A program made the translations under genes and the position numbers. Shown one piece after another: positions 12,235 to 23,789 of a stretch of DNA of 64,000 bases. The DNA is taken from positions 54,919,433 through 54,983,432 of the forward strand of contig NC_092385.1 in the NCBI RefSeq assembly GCF_030028105.1. Direction: 5' to 3'. The notes beneath the pieces were generated by a model. It worked only from the letters and a program-made list of their open reading frames with translations, was not told the DNA's origin and ran no database searches. The stretch comes from Mobula birostris. Lineage: Eukaryota. Numbering within the stretch: the first letter of the stretch is position 1; every line of letters starts with the position of its first letter.

Positions 12235-13005
12235 GAAATACTGCAGCATACGGTAAAGAAGGCATATTGCATGCTTGCCCTTATTAATAAAGGCATGAAG
12301 TTCAAAAGCAACGCATGCAAATTGCTGGAGGAACTCAGCAGGTCAGGCATTGGCTGTGGAAAGTAAAGAAGAGTCAATGTTTCAGGGAGACCCTTCATCA
12401 GGAATTAAGTTCAAGAATCAGGAAGTTAGACTGCAGCTTTATAAAACTCTAGGTAGGCTGCATCTGGGGTATTGCATTCAATTCTGGTCACTCCATTAAG
12501 GAAGGATGTGGAGACCTTAGAGAGGGTGCAAAGAGGTTTACCAAGAATGCTGTATGGAGTATAGGACATGTGCTATAATGAGAAGTCGGACAAATCTGGG
12601 TTGTTTTCTCTGGTGGAGGGTGAGGAGAGACCTGATTATAAGAGTATGAGAGGATTAGGTTGAATAAGCAACCAGTGTCTTTTTCCCAGGGTCAAAATGT
12701 TTAATATTAGAGGCATACCCTTAAGGAGGGAAGGAGTAATGTTAGGGGAGCTGTTCAGGTCATGTTTTCTACACAGGCCATGGCGGTTGCTTGTACTGTG
12801 CTGTCAGGGATGGTAGTGGAGGCAAATACATTCGAGGTTTCCAAGAGGCCCGGAGAGGGGCACATGATTGTGAGAGAACTAGAAGGATGTAGACATTGTG
12901 CAGGCAGACAGATTAATTTAGTTGGGCATTTACTTACTAGTTTAATTAATTTGGCACAGCATCTTGGGCCAAAAAGCCTGTTGCTGTGTTGTACTGTTCT
13001 AGTCC
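12235..13005 (+). mobile_element. CR1 LINE 3' fragment interrupted by a PLE end (~12310-12403)
   Basis: Decayed ..KKAY.MLA..EFK..LQLYKTL..RKDVE.LERVQ coding remnants and CR1 tail. Confidence 0.75.
12371..12403 (-). ncRNA. Minimal type I hammerhead ribozyme motif (PLE-associated), stem I truncated
   Basis: Minus strand TC-CTGATGA-AGGG TCT CCCT-GAAA-CATT-GACTC. Confidence 0.55.
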
Positions 13006-13449
13006 TACAACTGCACAGCAAGATCAAGCTATCCACAGTGTGAAAGCAACCAATGGCTTGATTTTAGCAGGAATGACCGAGGGATAAATAATTCCTACAA
13101 TACTGGCGCTAATAGCAACTCTGTAGACTTCGTGCTATCTCTGCCGTGTGGGTGTGTGATGGGAACTTTACCTGTATTTGACCCTTTGATTCTGGAATTT
13201 ACATTTTAATTTGCAACTGCTATACATCAAGACATAGTACCATAACAGTCCAATGTGCAGGATGGTCCCATGATCAGTGTCCCAGACATGCTCTGTCCCT
13301 GCCCTGGGTATATACATTGGGACAGTGCAGAGGGAGCTTTACTCTGTGTCTGACCTATGCTGTTTCTGCCCTGGGTGTGTTTCCAGGAACAGCCTGTCCC
13401 TGAACTTTGGTACTTCTGACCTGGGAATGTTTGATAGGAACTTTATATT

Positions 13450-14095
13450 TCACAGTGTTCTGTTCTGGTTACCTCATCATTGAAAGAATATGGAGGCTTT
13501 AAGGAGATTTACCAGAATGTTGGCTGGATTAGAGAGCATGTCTTATGAGGAAAGGCTGAGCGAGTGAAGGAGTATGAGAGACAACTTGATAAAAGTGTAC
13601 AAGATGAGGAGAGGCACATTGAGTGGATTGTCAGAAACTTTTCCCCAGGGCAGAGCATGCCAACTCAAGGGAGAATAATTTTAAGGTATTACTTCTAAGG
13701 AAAGTAATTTAAAGGTATAACTTTTAAGGAAAGTAGTTTTAAGATATGACTTTTAAGGAAAGTAATTCTAAGGTATAACTTTTAAGGAAAGCAATTTTAA
13801 GGTATAACTTCTAAGGAATGCCATGTTAAGGTACAACTTTTAAGAAAAAATTCAGGAAATTACAGGGGGGATATCAGCGGTAAGTTTTTATACAGTGAGT
13901 GATGGGTGTGTGGAACAACCCGTTCGAGACAGATTCACCACGGATATTTAAAATCTCTTAGATAGGCACGTGGATGATGGAAAAATGGAGAGCTATGTAG
14001 GAGGGAGAGGTTTAGGTTGATCATAGAGTAGGTTAAAAGGTTGGAGCAACATTGTTGGCCGCAAGGTCTGTACTGCGCTGTAGTGTTGTATGTTT
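13450..14095 (+). mobile_element. CR1 LINE 3' fragment
   Basis: TTCTGGTTACCTCATCATTGAAAGAATATGGAGGCTTT..; CR1 tail TGTACTGCGCTGTAGTGTTG. Confidence 0.75.
13678..13845. repeat. 29-bp minisatellite, ~6 copies, inside a CR1
   Basis: Unit TTTTAAGGTATAACTTTTAAGGAAAGTAA recurs at 29-bp period (13684, 13713, 13742, 13771, 13800, 13829). Confidence 0.85.
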
Positions 14096-14259
14096 TGTTT
14101 AACCCTTGCTGTACTCATCAAGTGATTGTTTGAGGCACATTGTCAAGGGAGGGCTGTTAGATTTGGGTACTGCTACCTAATATTTGGTGGGTCGCTACAG
14201 AAGAATCCTAGAGTTAAGCCTGAGCTGTACATGATCTGGTATTTCATGATAACTATTAA

Positions 14260-14826
14260 GACCATAAACCATTCAGCCCATTGAATATGTTCCATTATTT
14301 GATCTTGGCTGATCCATTTCCCTCTTAACCCCATTCTCCTGCCCTGTCCCCATAACCTTTCACTCACTGACTAATCCAGAACCTACCAACTTCCACATTA
14401 AATGCACTCAGTGACCTGGCCTCTTCAGCCACTTGTGGCAATGAATTCCACAGATTTACTACCCTCTGGCTAAAGAAATTCTTCCTCATCTCTGTTCTAA
14501 ATAGATGTCCCTCTATTTTAAGGCTGTGCCATCTGGTCCTGGACTTCTCCACCAAAAGAAACATCCTCTTTACATCCACTCTATCTAGACCTTTCAATAT
14601 TTGATAGGTTTCAATGAGATGCCCCCTCATTCTTCTAAATTCCAGTGAGTACAGGCCCAGAGCCTTCAATTATTGCTCATATGGTAACCCTTTCATTCCC
14701 AGAATCATTTTTGTAAACCTTTCCTGGACCCTCTCCAATGTCAGCATATCTTTTCTTAAATAAGGGGCCCAAAACCACTCACAATACTCCAAGCGAGGCC
14801 TCACCGGTGGCTTATGAAACCTCAGT
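14260..14826 (-). mobile_element. CR1 LINE 3' fragment
   Basis: ORFs 14364-14669 and 14670-14963: VRPRLEYCEWFWAPYLRKD..LGLYSLEFRRMRG..FFSQRVVNLWNSLP. Confidence 0.9.
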
Positions 14827-15520
14827 ATGTACATGTAGTGTGGTCTGTCATCAGATAACCTGATAACCGGGCATGTGAAGTATAAGATAAACATTATGAC
14901 TTTGACCACCGTCACACTAATAAGTACAACAAAAACCTCCGGAAAGGAATATAAATTGTGCAACTGCCTTTAAAATGGAAAGCTGGCAGAGACTGGAAGC
15001 TGGGGACACTTCCTTCAGACAGGTCTATCTTGTATTAGTAGGCACCCTGAGGGTTTGCGTGCTGGGCACTGGCAGGGAACTTCAGAATCCATCCATGGTC
15101 AGTCACAGTGCTGTTGATTGGAGGACAAAGGCAGGATAAAGACCAGTTGCTCATGAATTGTTCGACTGCAGCAGCATGCTGAAGTCCAGCCTAAGCAGCA
15201 CTGCCATGCGATTTGTATCTATTAGCTTGACATTTCCAGGAGATGCATTTGACTATTCTCTCCTGCCTTGGTGCTCAGCAGAGTATGCAAAGGCCTCTGG
15301 GTGAGTTGGACTCTACACCAGCAAGATGAGGCAGGCGATGGTCAGTCAGGAATACTCTGCATTTAAAAGCAGCTGAAAAGAAATTGTGTTTTGGGAGCCT
15401 TCCACGTCTCCATTACCTCCTGAATTCATTATAGAAACATAGAAAATAGGTGCAGGAGTAGGCCATTCGGCCCTTCGAGCCTGCACCGCCTTTTATTATG
15501 ATCATGGCTGATCATCCAAC

Positions 15521-17200
15521 TCAGAACACCGCCCCAGCCTTCCCTCCATACCCCCTGACCCCCGTAGCCACAAGGGCCATATCTAACTCCCTCTTAAATA
15601 TAGCCAATGAACTGGCCTCAACTGTTTCCTGTGGCAGAGAATTCCACAGATTCACCACTCTCTGTGTGAAGTAGTTTTTCCTAATCTCGGTCCTAAAAGG
15701 TTTCCCCTCTATCCTCAAACTGTGACCCCTCGTTCTGGACTTCCCCAACATCGAGAACAATCTTCCTGCATCTAGCCTATCCAATCCCTTTAGGATCTTA
15801 TACGTTTCAATCAGATCCCCCCTCAATCTTCTAAATTCCAACGAGTACAAGCCCAGTTCATCCAGTCTTTCTTCATATGAAAGTCCTGCCATCCCAGGAA
15901 TCAATCTGGTGAACTTTCTTTGTACTCCCTCTATGGCAAGGATGTCTTTCCTCAGATTAGGGGACCAAAACTGCACACAATACTCCAGGTGTGGTCTCAC
16001 CAAGGCCTTGTACAACTGCAGTAGTACCTCCCTGCTCCTGTACTCGAATCCTCTCGCTATAAATGCCAGCATACCATTCGCCTTTTTCACCGCCTGCTGT
16101 ACCTGCATGCCCACTTTCAATGACTGGTGTATAATGACACCCAGGTCTCGTTGCACCTCCCCTTTTCCTAATCGGCCACCATTCAGATAATAATCTGTTT
16201 TCCTATTTTTGCCACCAAAGTGGATAACTTCACATTTATCCACATTAAATTGCATCTGCCATGAATTTGCCCACTCACCCAACCTATCCAAGTCACCCTG
16301 CATCCTCTTAGCATCCTCCTCACAGCTAACACTGCCACCCAGCTTCGTGTCATCCGCAAACTTGGAGATGCTGCATTTAATTCCCTCATCCAAGTCATTA
16401 ATATATATTGTAAACAACTGGGGTCCCAGCACTGAGCCTTGCGGTACCCCACTAGTCACCGCCTGCCATTCTGAAAAGGTCCCGTTTATTCCCACTCTTT
16501 GCTTCCTGTCTGCTAACCAACTCTCCACCCACACCAATACCTTACCCCCAATACCGTGTGCTTTAAGTTTGCACACTAATCTCCTGTGTGGGACCTTGTC
16601 AAAAGCCTTTTGAAAATCCAAATATACCACATCCACTGGTTCTCCCCTATCCACTCTACTAGTTACATCCTCAAAAAATTCTATGAGATTCGTCAGACAT
16701 GATTTTCCTTTCACAAATCCATGCTGACTTTGTCCGATCATTTCACCGCTTTCCAAATGTGCTGTTATCACATCCTTGATAACTGACTCCAGCAGTTTCC
16801 CCACCATCGACGTTAGGCTAACCGGTCTATAATTCCCCGGTTTCTCTCTCCCTCCTTTTTTAAAAAGTGGAGTTACATTAGCCACCCTCCAATCCTTAGG
16901 AACTAGTCCAGAATCTAACGAGTTTTGAAAAATTATCACTAATGCATCCACTATTTCTTGGGCTACTTCCTTAAGCACCCTGGGATGCAGACCATCTGGC
17001 CCTGGGGATTTATCTGCCTTCAATCCCTTCAATTTACCTAACACCACTTCCCCACTAACATGTATTTCGCTCAGTTCCTCCATCTCACTGGACCCTCTGT
17101 CCCCTACTATTTCTGGAAGATTATTTATGTCCTCCTTAGTGAAGACAGAACCAAAGTAATTATTCAATTGGTCTGCCATGTCCTTGCTCCCCATAATCAA
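15521..17200 (-). CDS. CR1 ORF2 reverse transcriptase region (559 aa open segment)
   Basis: KSPGPDG, NYRPVSLTS, YLDFQKAFDKV, GVPQGSVLGP, KFADDTKL motifs. Confidence 0.9.
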   Translation of the reverse strand: MIMGSKDMADQLNNYFGSVFTKEDINNLPEIVGDRGSSEMEELSEIHVSGEVVLGKLKGLKADKSPGPDGLHPRVLKEVAQEIVDALVIIFQNSLDSGLVPKDWRVANVTPLFKKGGREKPGNYRPVSLTSMVGKLLESVIKDVITAHLESGEMIGQSQHGFVKGKSCLTNLIEFFEDVTSRVDRGEPVDVVYLDFQKAFDKVPHRRLVCKLKAHGIGGKVLVWVESWLADRKQRVGINGTFSEWQAVTSGVPQGSVLGPQLFTIYINDLDEGIKCSISKFADDTKLGGSVSCEEDAKRMQGDLDRLGEWANSWQMQFNVDKCEVIHFGGKNRKTDYYLNGGRLGKGEVQRDLGVIIHQSLKVGMQVQQAVKKANGMLAFIARGFEYRSREVLLQLYKALVRPHLEYCVQFWSPNLRKDILAIEGVQRKFTRLIPGMAGLSYEERLDELGLYSLEFRRLRGDLIETYKILKGLDRLDAGRLFSMLGKSRTRGHSLRIEGKPFRTEIRKNYFTQRVVNLWNSLPQETVEASSLAIFKRELDMALVATGVRGYGGKAGAVF

Positions 17201-17238
17201 TTCACCTGTTTCTGTCTGTAGGGGACCTACATTTGTCT

Positions 17239-18012
17239 TTACCAGTCTTTTCTTTTTACATATCTATAAAAGCTTTTACAGTCCGTTTTTATGTTGCCTG
17301 CCAGTTTTCTCTCATAATCTTTTTTCCCCTTCCTAATTAAGCCCTTTGTCCTCCTCTGCTGAACTCTGAATTTCTCCCAGTCCTCAGGTGAGCCACTTTT
17401 TCTGGCTAATTTGTATGCTTCTTCTTTGGAATTGATACTATCCCTAATTTCTCTTGTCAGCCACGGGTGCACTACCTTCCTTGATTTATTCTTTTGCCAA
17501 ACTGGGATGAACATTTGTTGCAGTTCATCCATGCAACCTTTAAATGCTTGCCATTGCATATCCACCGTCAATCCTTTAAGTGTCATTTGCCAGTCTATCT
17601 TAGCTAATTCACGTCTCATACCTTCAAAGTTACCCCTCTTTAAGTTCAGAACTTTTGTTTCTGAATTAACTATGTCACTCTCCATCTTAATGAAGAATTC
17701 CACCATATTATGGTCACTCTTACCCAAGGAGCCTCTCACGACAAGATTGCTAATTAACCCTTCCTCATTGCTCAAAACCCAGTCCAGAATAGCCTGCTCT
17801 CTAGTCGGTTCCTCGACATGTTGGTTCAAAAAACCATCCCGCATACATTCCAAGAAATCCTTTTCCTCAGCACCTTTACCAATTTGGTTCACCCAATCTA
17901 CATGTAGATTGAAGTCACCCATTATAACTGCTGTTCCTTTATTGCACACATTTCTAATTTCATGTTTAATACCATCTCCGACCTCACTACTACTGTTAGG
18001 TGGCCTGTACAC
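17239..18012 (-). CDS. CR1 ORF2 APE endonuclease C-terminal half and linker (frameshifted from the RT segment)
   Basis: YRPPN, IMGDFN, ILDWVLSN, SDHNMV motifs. Confidence 0.85.
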   Translation of the reverse strand: MYRPPNSSSEVGDGIKHEIRNVCNKGTAVIMGDFNLHVDWVNQIGKGAEEKDFLECMRDGFLNQHVEEPTREQAILDWVLSNEEGLISNLVVRGSLGKSDHNMVEFFIKMESDIVNSETKVLNLKRGNFEGMRRELAKIDWQMTLKGLTVDMQWQAFKGCMDELQQMFIPVWQKNKSRKVVHPWLTREIRDSINSKEEAYKLARKSGSPEDWEKFRVQQRRTKGLIRKGKKDYERKLAGNIKTDCKSFYRYVKRKDW

Positions 18013-18032
18013 AACTCACAACTAGATACACA

Positions 18033-19680
18033 ACCAATGAGAGGGAACTTGATGACAGTGAGGACAATATGATTGAGGTTGATGTTCTGGAGCATGTTGA
18101 TATTAAGGGAGAGGAGGTGTTGGAGTTGTTAAAATACATTAGGATGGATAAGTTCCCGGGGCCTGATGGAATATTCCCCAGGCTGCTCCACAAGGTGAGG
18201 GAAGAGATTGCTGAGCCTCTGGCTAGGATCTTTATGTCCTCGTTGTCCATGGGAATGGTACCAGAGGATTGAAGGGAGGCGAACGTTGTCCCCTTGTTCA
18301 AAAAAGGTAGTAGGTATACTCCAGGTAATTATAGATGAGTGAGCCTTACATCTAGAGTGGGAAAGCTATTGGAAAAGATTCTTAGAGATAGGATCTATGG
18401 GCATTTAGAGAGTCATGATCTGATCAGGGACAGTCAGCATGGCTTTGTGAAGGGCAGATCGTGTCTAACAAGCCTGATAGAGTTCTTTGAGGAGGTGACC
18501 AGGCATATAGATGAGGGTAGTGCAGTGGATGTGATCTACATGGATTTTAGTGAGGCACTTGACAAGGTTCCACACGGTAGGCTTATTCAGAAAGTCAGAA
18601 GGCATGGGATCCAGGGAAGTTTGACCAGGTAGATTCAGAATTGGCTTGCCTGCAGAAAGCAGGGGTCCATGGTGGCAGGAATACATTTGGATTGGAGGAT
18701 TGTGACTAGTCATGTCCCACAAGGATCGGTTTTGGGACCTCTACCTTTCGTGATTTTTATTAATGACCTGGATGTGGGAGCAGAGGGGTGGGTTGGCAAG
18801 TTTGCAGACAACACAAAGGTTGGTGGTGTTGTGGATAGTGTAGAGGATTGTCGAAAATTGCAGAGTGACATTGATAGGATGCAGAAGTGGGCTGAGAAGT
18901 GGCAGGTGGAGTTCAACCTGGAGAAGTGTGAGGTGGTACACTTTGGAAGGACAAATTCCAAGGTAGAGTACAAAGTAAATGGCAGGATACTTGGTAGTGT
19001 GGAGGAGCAGAGGGACCTGGGGGTACATGTCCACAGATCCCTGAAAGTTGCCTCACAGGTGGATAGGGTAGTTAGGAAAGCTTATGGGGTGTTAGCTTTC
19101 ATAATTCGGGGGATAGAGTTTAAGAGTTGTGAGGTAATGATGCAGCTGTATAAAACTCTGGTTAGGCCACACTTGGAGTACTGTGTCCATTTCTGGTCGC
19201 CTCACTATAGGAAGGATGTGGAAGCATTGGAAAGGGTACAGAGGAGATTTACCAGGATGCTGCCCGGTTTAGAGAGTATGGATTATGATCAGAGATTAAG
19301 GGAGCTAGGGCTTTACTCTTTGGAGAGAAGGAGGATGAGAGGAGACATGATAGAGGTGTACAAGATAATAAGAGGAATAGATAGAGTGGATAGCCAGCGC
19401 CTCTTCCCCAGGGCACCACTGCTCAGTACAAGAGGACATGACTTTAAGGTAAGGGGTGGGAAGTTCAAGGGGGATATTAGAGGAAGGTTTTTTACTCAGA
19501 GAGTGGTTGGCGTGTGGAATGCACTGCCTGCGTCAGTGGTGGAGGCAGATACACTAGTGAAATTTAAGAGACTAGTAGACAGGTATATGGAGGAATTTAA
19601 TGTGGGGGGTTATATGGGAGGCAGGGTTTGAGGGTCAGCACAACATTGTGGGCCGAAGGGTCTGTACGGAGCTGTACTAT
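18033..19680 (+). mobile_element. CR1 LINE of a second subfamily, 5'-truncated, several stops
   Basis: KFPGPDGIFPR, QHGFVKGRSCLT, VPQGSVLGP, KFADNTK, FFTQRVVGVWNALP; tail GGGCCGAAGGGTCTGTAC..CTGTACTAT. Confidence 0.92.
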
Positions 19681-19996
19681 ATAAAAAAAATTAAAAAGAT
19701 ATTATCTGAAGAAATTTATTGCAGAATCAGGAATTGACTAGAGGATTGGGCTCTCACAAGGATCAGTGAAACAGGTAACTGGATAATCTATTTTTTGTTG
19801 ATGTTTACTGAGAGCTAAATACAAGGCAAGACGTCAGGGAAACACCGTCAGTCCTTTTTTTTTGCTCATTTGTGTCATTTACAGCCAACTGAGAGGGCAG
19901 ACAAAATGTCAGATTTAATGTCATTTGTAGTCTGTCTTTACTTTCACGATTGGAGTGTTGACCCTCAGAGTTGGTTTGGGCTGGAATTTCATGTTC

Positions 19997-21460
19997 TGTG
20001 GCAGTGCTCCCCCTGACAGTGCTCCCTCTGACAGTGCTGCCCCTGACAGTGCTCCCTGTGGCAGTGCTGTCCCTGACAGTGCTCCCCCTGACAGTGCTCC
20101 CCCTGACAGTACTCTCTCTGACAGTGCTCACTCTGGCAGTGCTCCCCCTAACAGTGCTCCCTATGGTAGTGCTCCACCTGACAGTGCTCCCTGTGTCAGT
20201 GCTCCCCCTGACAGTGCTCCCTGTGTCAGTGCTCCCCCTGACAGTGCTCCCTCTGACAGTGCTCTCTCTGACAGTACACCCTTTGACAGTGCTCACTCTG
20301 ACAGTGCTCCCCTGGCAGTGCTCCCTGTGGCAGTGCTCCCCCTGACAATGCTCCCCCGGCAGTGCTCCCCCTGACAGTGCTCCCTGTGGCAGTGCTCCCC
20401 CTGACAGTGCTCCCTGTGTCAGTGCTCTCCCTGACAGTGCTCCCCCTGACAGTGCTCTCTGTGACAGTACACCCTCTGACAGTGCTCACTCTGACAGTGC
20501 TGCCCCGGCAGTGCTCACTCTGACACTGTCAGTGCACACTCTGACTGTGCTCCCTTTGATAGTGCTCTCTCGGCAGTGCTCATTCGGCAGTTCTCCCCCT
20601 GACAGTGCTCACTCTATGGCAATACTCACTGTGACACTGCTCACTCTAGCAGTGTTCACTCTGACAGTGCTCTCTCTGGCAGTGCTCACTCTGACTGTGT
20701 TCCCTTTGACAGTGCTCACTCGGCAGTGCTCATTCGGCAGTTCTCCCCCTGACAGTGCTCACTCTATGGCAATACTCACTGTGACACTGCTCACTCTGGC
20801 AGTGTTCACTCTGACTGTGTTCCCTTTGACAGTGCTCACTCGGCAGTGCTCCCCCTGACCGTGCTCACTCTGGCAGTGCTTCCTTTGACAGTGCTCCCTC
20901 TGACAGTGCTCCCTCGGCAGTGCTCCCCCTGACGTGCTCACTCTGGCAGTGTTCACTCTGACAGTGCTCATTCTGGCAGTGCTCCCTCTGACTGTGCTCC
21001 CTTTGACAGTGCTCACTCTGACAGTGCTCCCCCGGCAGTGCTCCCCCTGACGGGCTCACTCTGGCAGTGTTCACTCTGACTCTGCTCCCTTTGACAATGC
21101 TTACTTGGCAGTGCTAATTCGGCAGTGCTCCCCCTGACCGTGTTCACTCTGGCAGTGCTTCCTTTGACAGTGCTCCCTCTGACAGTGCTCACTCTGACAG
21201 TGCTCACTCTGGGAGTGCATACTCTACCAGTGCTCACTCTGTGGCAATACGTATTCTGACAGTGCTCACTCTGGTGGTGCACACTCTGGCAGTGCTTACT
21301 CTGACAGTGTTCACACTGCAGTGTACACTCTGACAGTGCTCACTCTATGGCAATACATGCTCTGTTAGTGCTCTCTCTGGCAGTGTACATACTGTGGCAG
21401 TACTTACTCTGGCAGTGCTCCCTCTGACAGTGCCAACTCTGACAGTGCTCACTCTGTGGC
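19997..21460. repeat. 15-bp minisatellite (CAGTGCTCCCCCTGA / CAGTGCTCACTCTGA)
   Basis: Roughly 95-100 tandem units with variant blocks; explains the TVLPL/STVRG repetitive ORFs. Confidence 0.95.
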
Positions 21461-22325
21461 ATGTGAATCACTTCTGGGTGTAGACCATGCTGGTGCTAGT
21501 TGCATACAGGGAGAAGTGACACTGGTCTCCCACCCCCTCCTTTAGTAACCCTGACACCAGAAAGTTGAGTGGGCAGAAACCTTGGCCTCAACCGTCAGAG
21601 TGAATCAAGTAGGGGTATACACCCTGAATTTAGGTCACTGTGACATTTAATTATGTAAACTAAAGCAATTAGCTTTGGACAATCTTCGCTGCTTGGAGAG
21701 TTGGTATAGGTGTGGATCCCCACAGATCATAGGAGGATATGGTCTTTGGTTGAATGCCATGATCGTAGGCCCACCGTCCTCTGCTCCATTTGGAAGTCTA
21801 CTAAGCACCATTCCATATGTATCCACTACAGGGAGTATCCAAGGTCTTACGGAGAGGCAGAGCACAGTAGAGATCTCACTAGTGATTGGTACAGGTCTTA
21901 GAGCAGGCAGACAGTCTCTGTAATGTGCACACGACAGTGTAATTGTCCTGTTTACCGACTCTGGAAACCCTGTTTGTTCATGAGTGTCCAATGACAGGCA
22001 GGCTTTGGAAAAGCATCCGTGGCTCCTGCAAATCAGTGTCACATGATGATTAATTTTCATAGACGTGTGTCTCTGCTGGAATACATCACCCAAAGGTAAT
22101 CTTGGTGGGAAGTGTCCAATTATATCTCTGATTGAAGCAGGATCCAAAGGCAATTTGGCTGCAAAGGTTTAATTCCTAAATGAGTAGCTGTGAAGTAAAT
22201 GGTGCTGTGTGAATAAAATAGTGTTTTACAATGCTGCTTGATCATGAGTCCATCTTCATTCAGAGCTGATCGAACTCTGCTCTCTCTGCTGGTTTGGAAA
22301 AAATGTTTAGATTAGATTGAGGATC

Positions 22326-22883
22326 ATAAGACCATAGGAGCAGAGGTAGGTCCTTCGGCCCATCAAGTCTGTTCTGTCAGTCCATCTTGGTGGATTTATT
22401 ATCCCTCTCAACCCCGTCCTCCTGCCTTCTCCTTGTAACCTTTGATGACCTTACTAGCCAAGAACCTCGCAACCTCCACTTTAAATATATCCAATGATTT
22501 GGCCTCCACAGCCATCTGTGGCAATAGATTCCATAGATACAGCACCCTCTGGCTCAAGAAATTCCTCCTTATCTCTGTGCTAAAGAGAGGCATCATTGTA
22601 TTCTGAGGCTGTGCCTTCTGGTTCAAGACTCCCCCACTGTAGGAAGCATCCTCTCTAAGCCCACACGACCTAGGCCTTTCAATATTTAATAGGTTTCATT
22701 AAGATCCCCCCCTTATTCTTCTAAACTCTCATGAGTACAGGCCCAGAGTCTTCAAACACTCCTCAAAGATTAACCCTTTCATTCCTGTGATTATCCTTGT
22801 GAGCCTCCTCTGGACCCTCCCCAATGCCAGCACATCATTTCTTAGAAAAGTGGCCCCAAACTGCTCACAATACTCCAACTGTG
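22326..22883 (-). mobile_element. CR1 LINE 3' fragment
   Basis: QLEYCEQFGATFLRNDVLALGRVQRRLTR..; CATAAGACCATAGGAGCAG tail. Confidence 0.85.
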
Positions 22884-23024
22884 GATAGCTGAGGTAGCCC
22901 AGGAAAGGAGACCATTTGGCCCTACCTGGGTACAGGAAGGATGTCAGAAAGCTGGAAAGGGTGTAGTGAAGTTTCACAAGGATGTTGCCAGGACTTGAAG
23001 ACTTGAGCTATCAGGATAGGCTGG

Positions 23025-23193
23025 CAACACACACCAAAAGGCAGAAGGAACTTGGTAGGCCAGGCAGCATCAATGGAAAAGAGTATCGTTGGCATTTCGG
23101 ACCGAGACGCTTCAGCAGGGCTAATGAAGCTCCTCCGTTCTTCTGGTGTGTGTTACTTGGTTTTCTAGCATCCACAGATTATCTTGTTTGTGT
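23025..23193 (-). mobile_element. Palindromic PLE-derived mini-element with hammerhead-like core
   Basis: Perfect 14-bp TSD TCAGGATAGGCTGG (23011-23024, 23194-23207); inverted arms; minus-strand CTGCTGAAGCGTCTCGGTCCGAAATG. Confidence 0.75.
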
Positions 23194-23487
23194 TCAGGAT
23201 AGGCTGGGACTGTTTTCCCAGAAGCACCAGAGGCTAAAAGATGACTTTATCGAGGTTCATAAAATCACAAGGACATAGATTAGACGAAAAATTGCAGCCC
23301 ATTTTCCAGGTAGGGGGTCTAAAACTAGAAGATACAAGTTTAAGGTGTGCGGGGAAAGATTAAGAGGAACCTGATGGGTAAGTTTGTCACATTGTGAATA
23401 GGTGGAAGGAAGTGCCCGAGGATGTAGCAGAAGCATGTACAATTAAAAGGCATTTAATCAGGTAACGTGGATGGGAAAGGTTTAGAG

Positions 23488-23565
23488 CAGGGGTTTCCAA
23501 CCTCTTTAATGGATGGATCCTCCCATTAACCAAGGTGTCCATGGACTCCAGGTTGGGAACCCCTG
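23488..23565. mobile_element. hAT-type MITE (78 bp)
   Basis: TIRs CAGGGGTTTCCAACCT / AGGTTGGGAACCCCTG; 8-bp TSD GTTTAGAG/GTGTAGAG. Confidence 0.85.
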
Positions 23566-23789
23566 GTGTAGAGGGATATTGGACAAATGCGGGGTCGTGA
23601 GACTAGCTCGAGTAGACAGCTTGATGAACACAGATGAGTTGGGCCAAAGGGGCTGTTTCTCTGCTGTATAACCATATGACTCCTGGACTCTAACCGTACA
23701 TAAGATGTGATACTGGCCTGGTAATTTGTTTTAGATACTGGTTAAGCTAACAGGACAGCCAGGGGTAACTCCCCACCCCCCCGTCCCAT

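Larger units (their letters stand above)
15431..18017 (-). mobile_element. Young CR1 LINE, 5'-truncated within the endonuclease domain
   Basis: ORF2 from YRPPN through the RT to the C-terminus with a single frameshift; 3' tail CTATTTTCTATGTTTCTAT. Confidence 0.95.
22915..23680 (+). mobile_element. CR1 LINE 3' fragment with nested PLE mini-element and hAT MITE
   Basis: YRKDVRKLERV..MLPGLEDLSY.DRL GLFS..RLKDDFIEVHKI; CR1 tail GGGCCAAAGGGGCTGTTTC. Confidence 0.8.

Noticed and set aside
15909-16613. Plus-strand ORFs opposite the CR1 RT
   Set aside because: Antisense shadow ORFs of LINE ORF2
19805-21282. Multiple repetitive ORFs (STVRG/TVLPL/DSAPP)
   Set aside because: Translation artefacts of a 15-bp minisatellite whose unit is a multiple of three
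21647-22153. 168-aa ORF in unique DNA
   Set aside because: Non-ATG start, no recognisable domain or splice support
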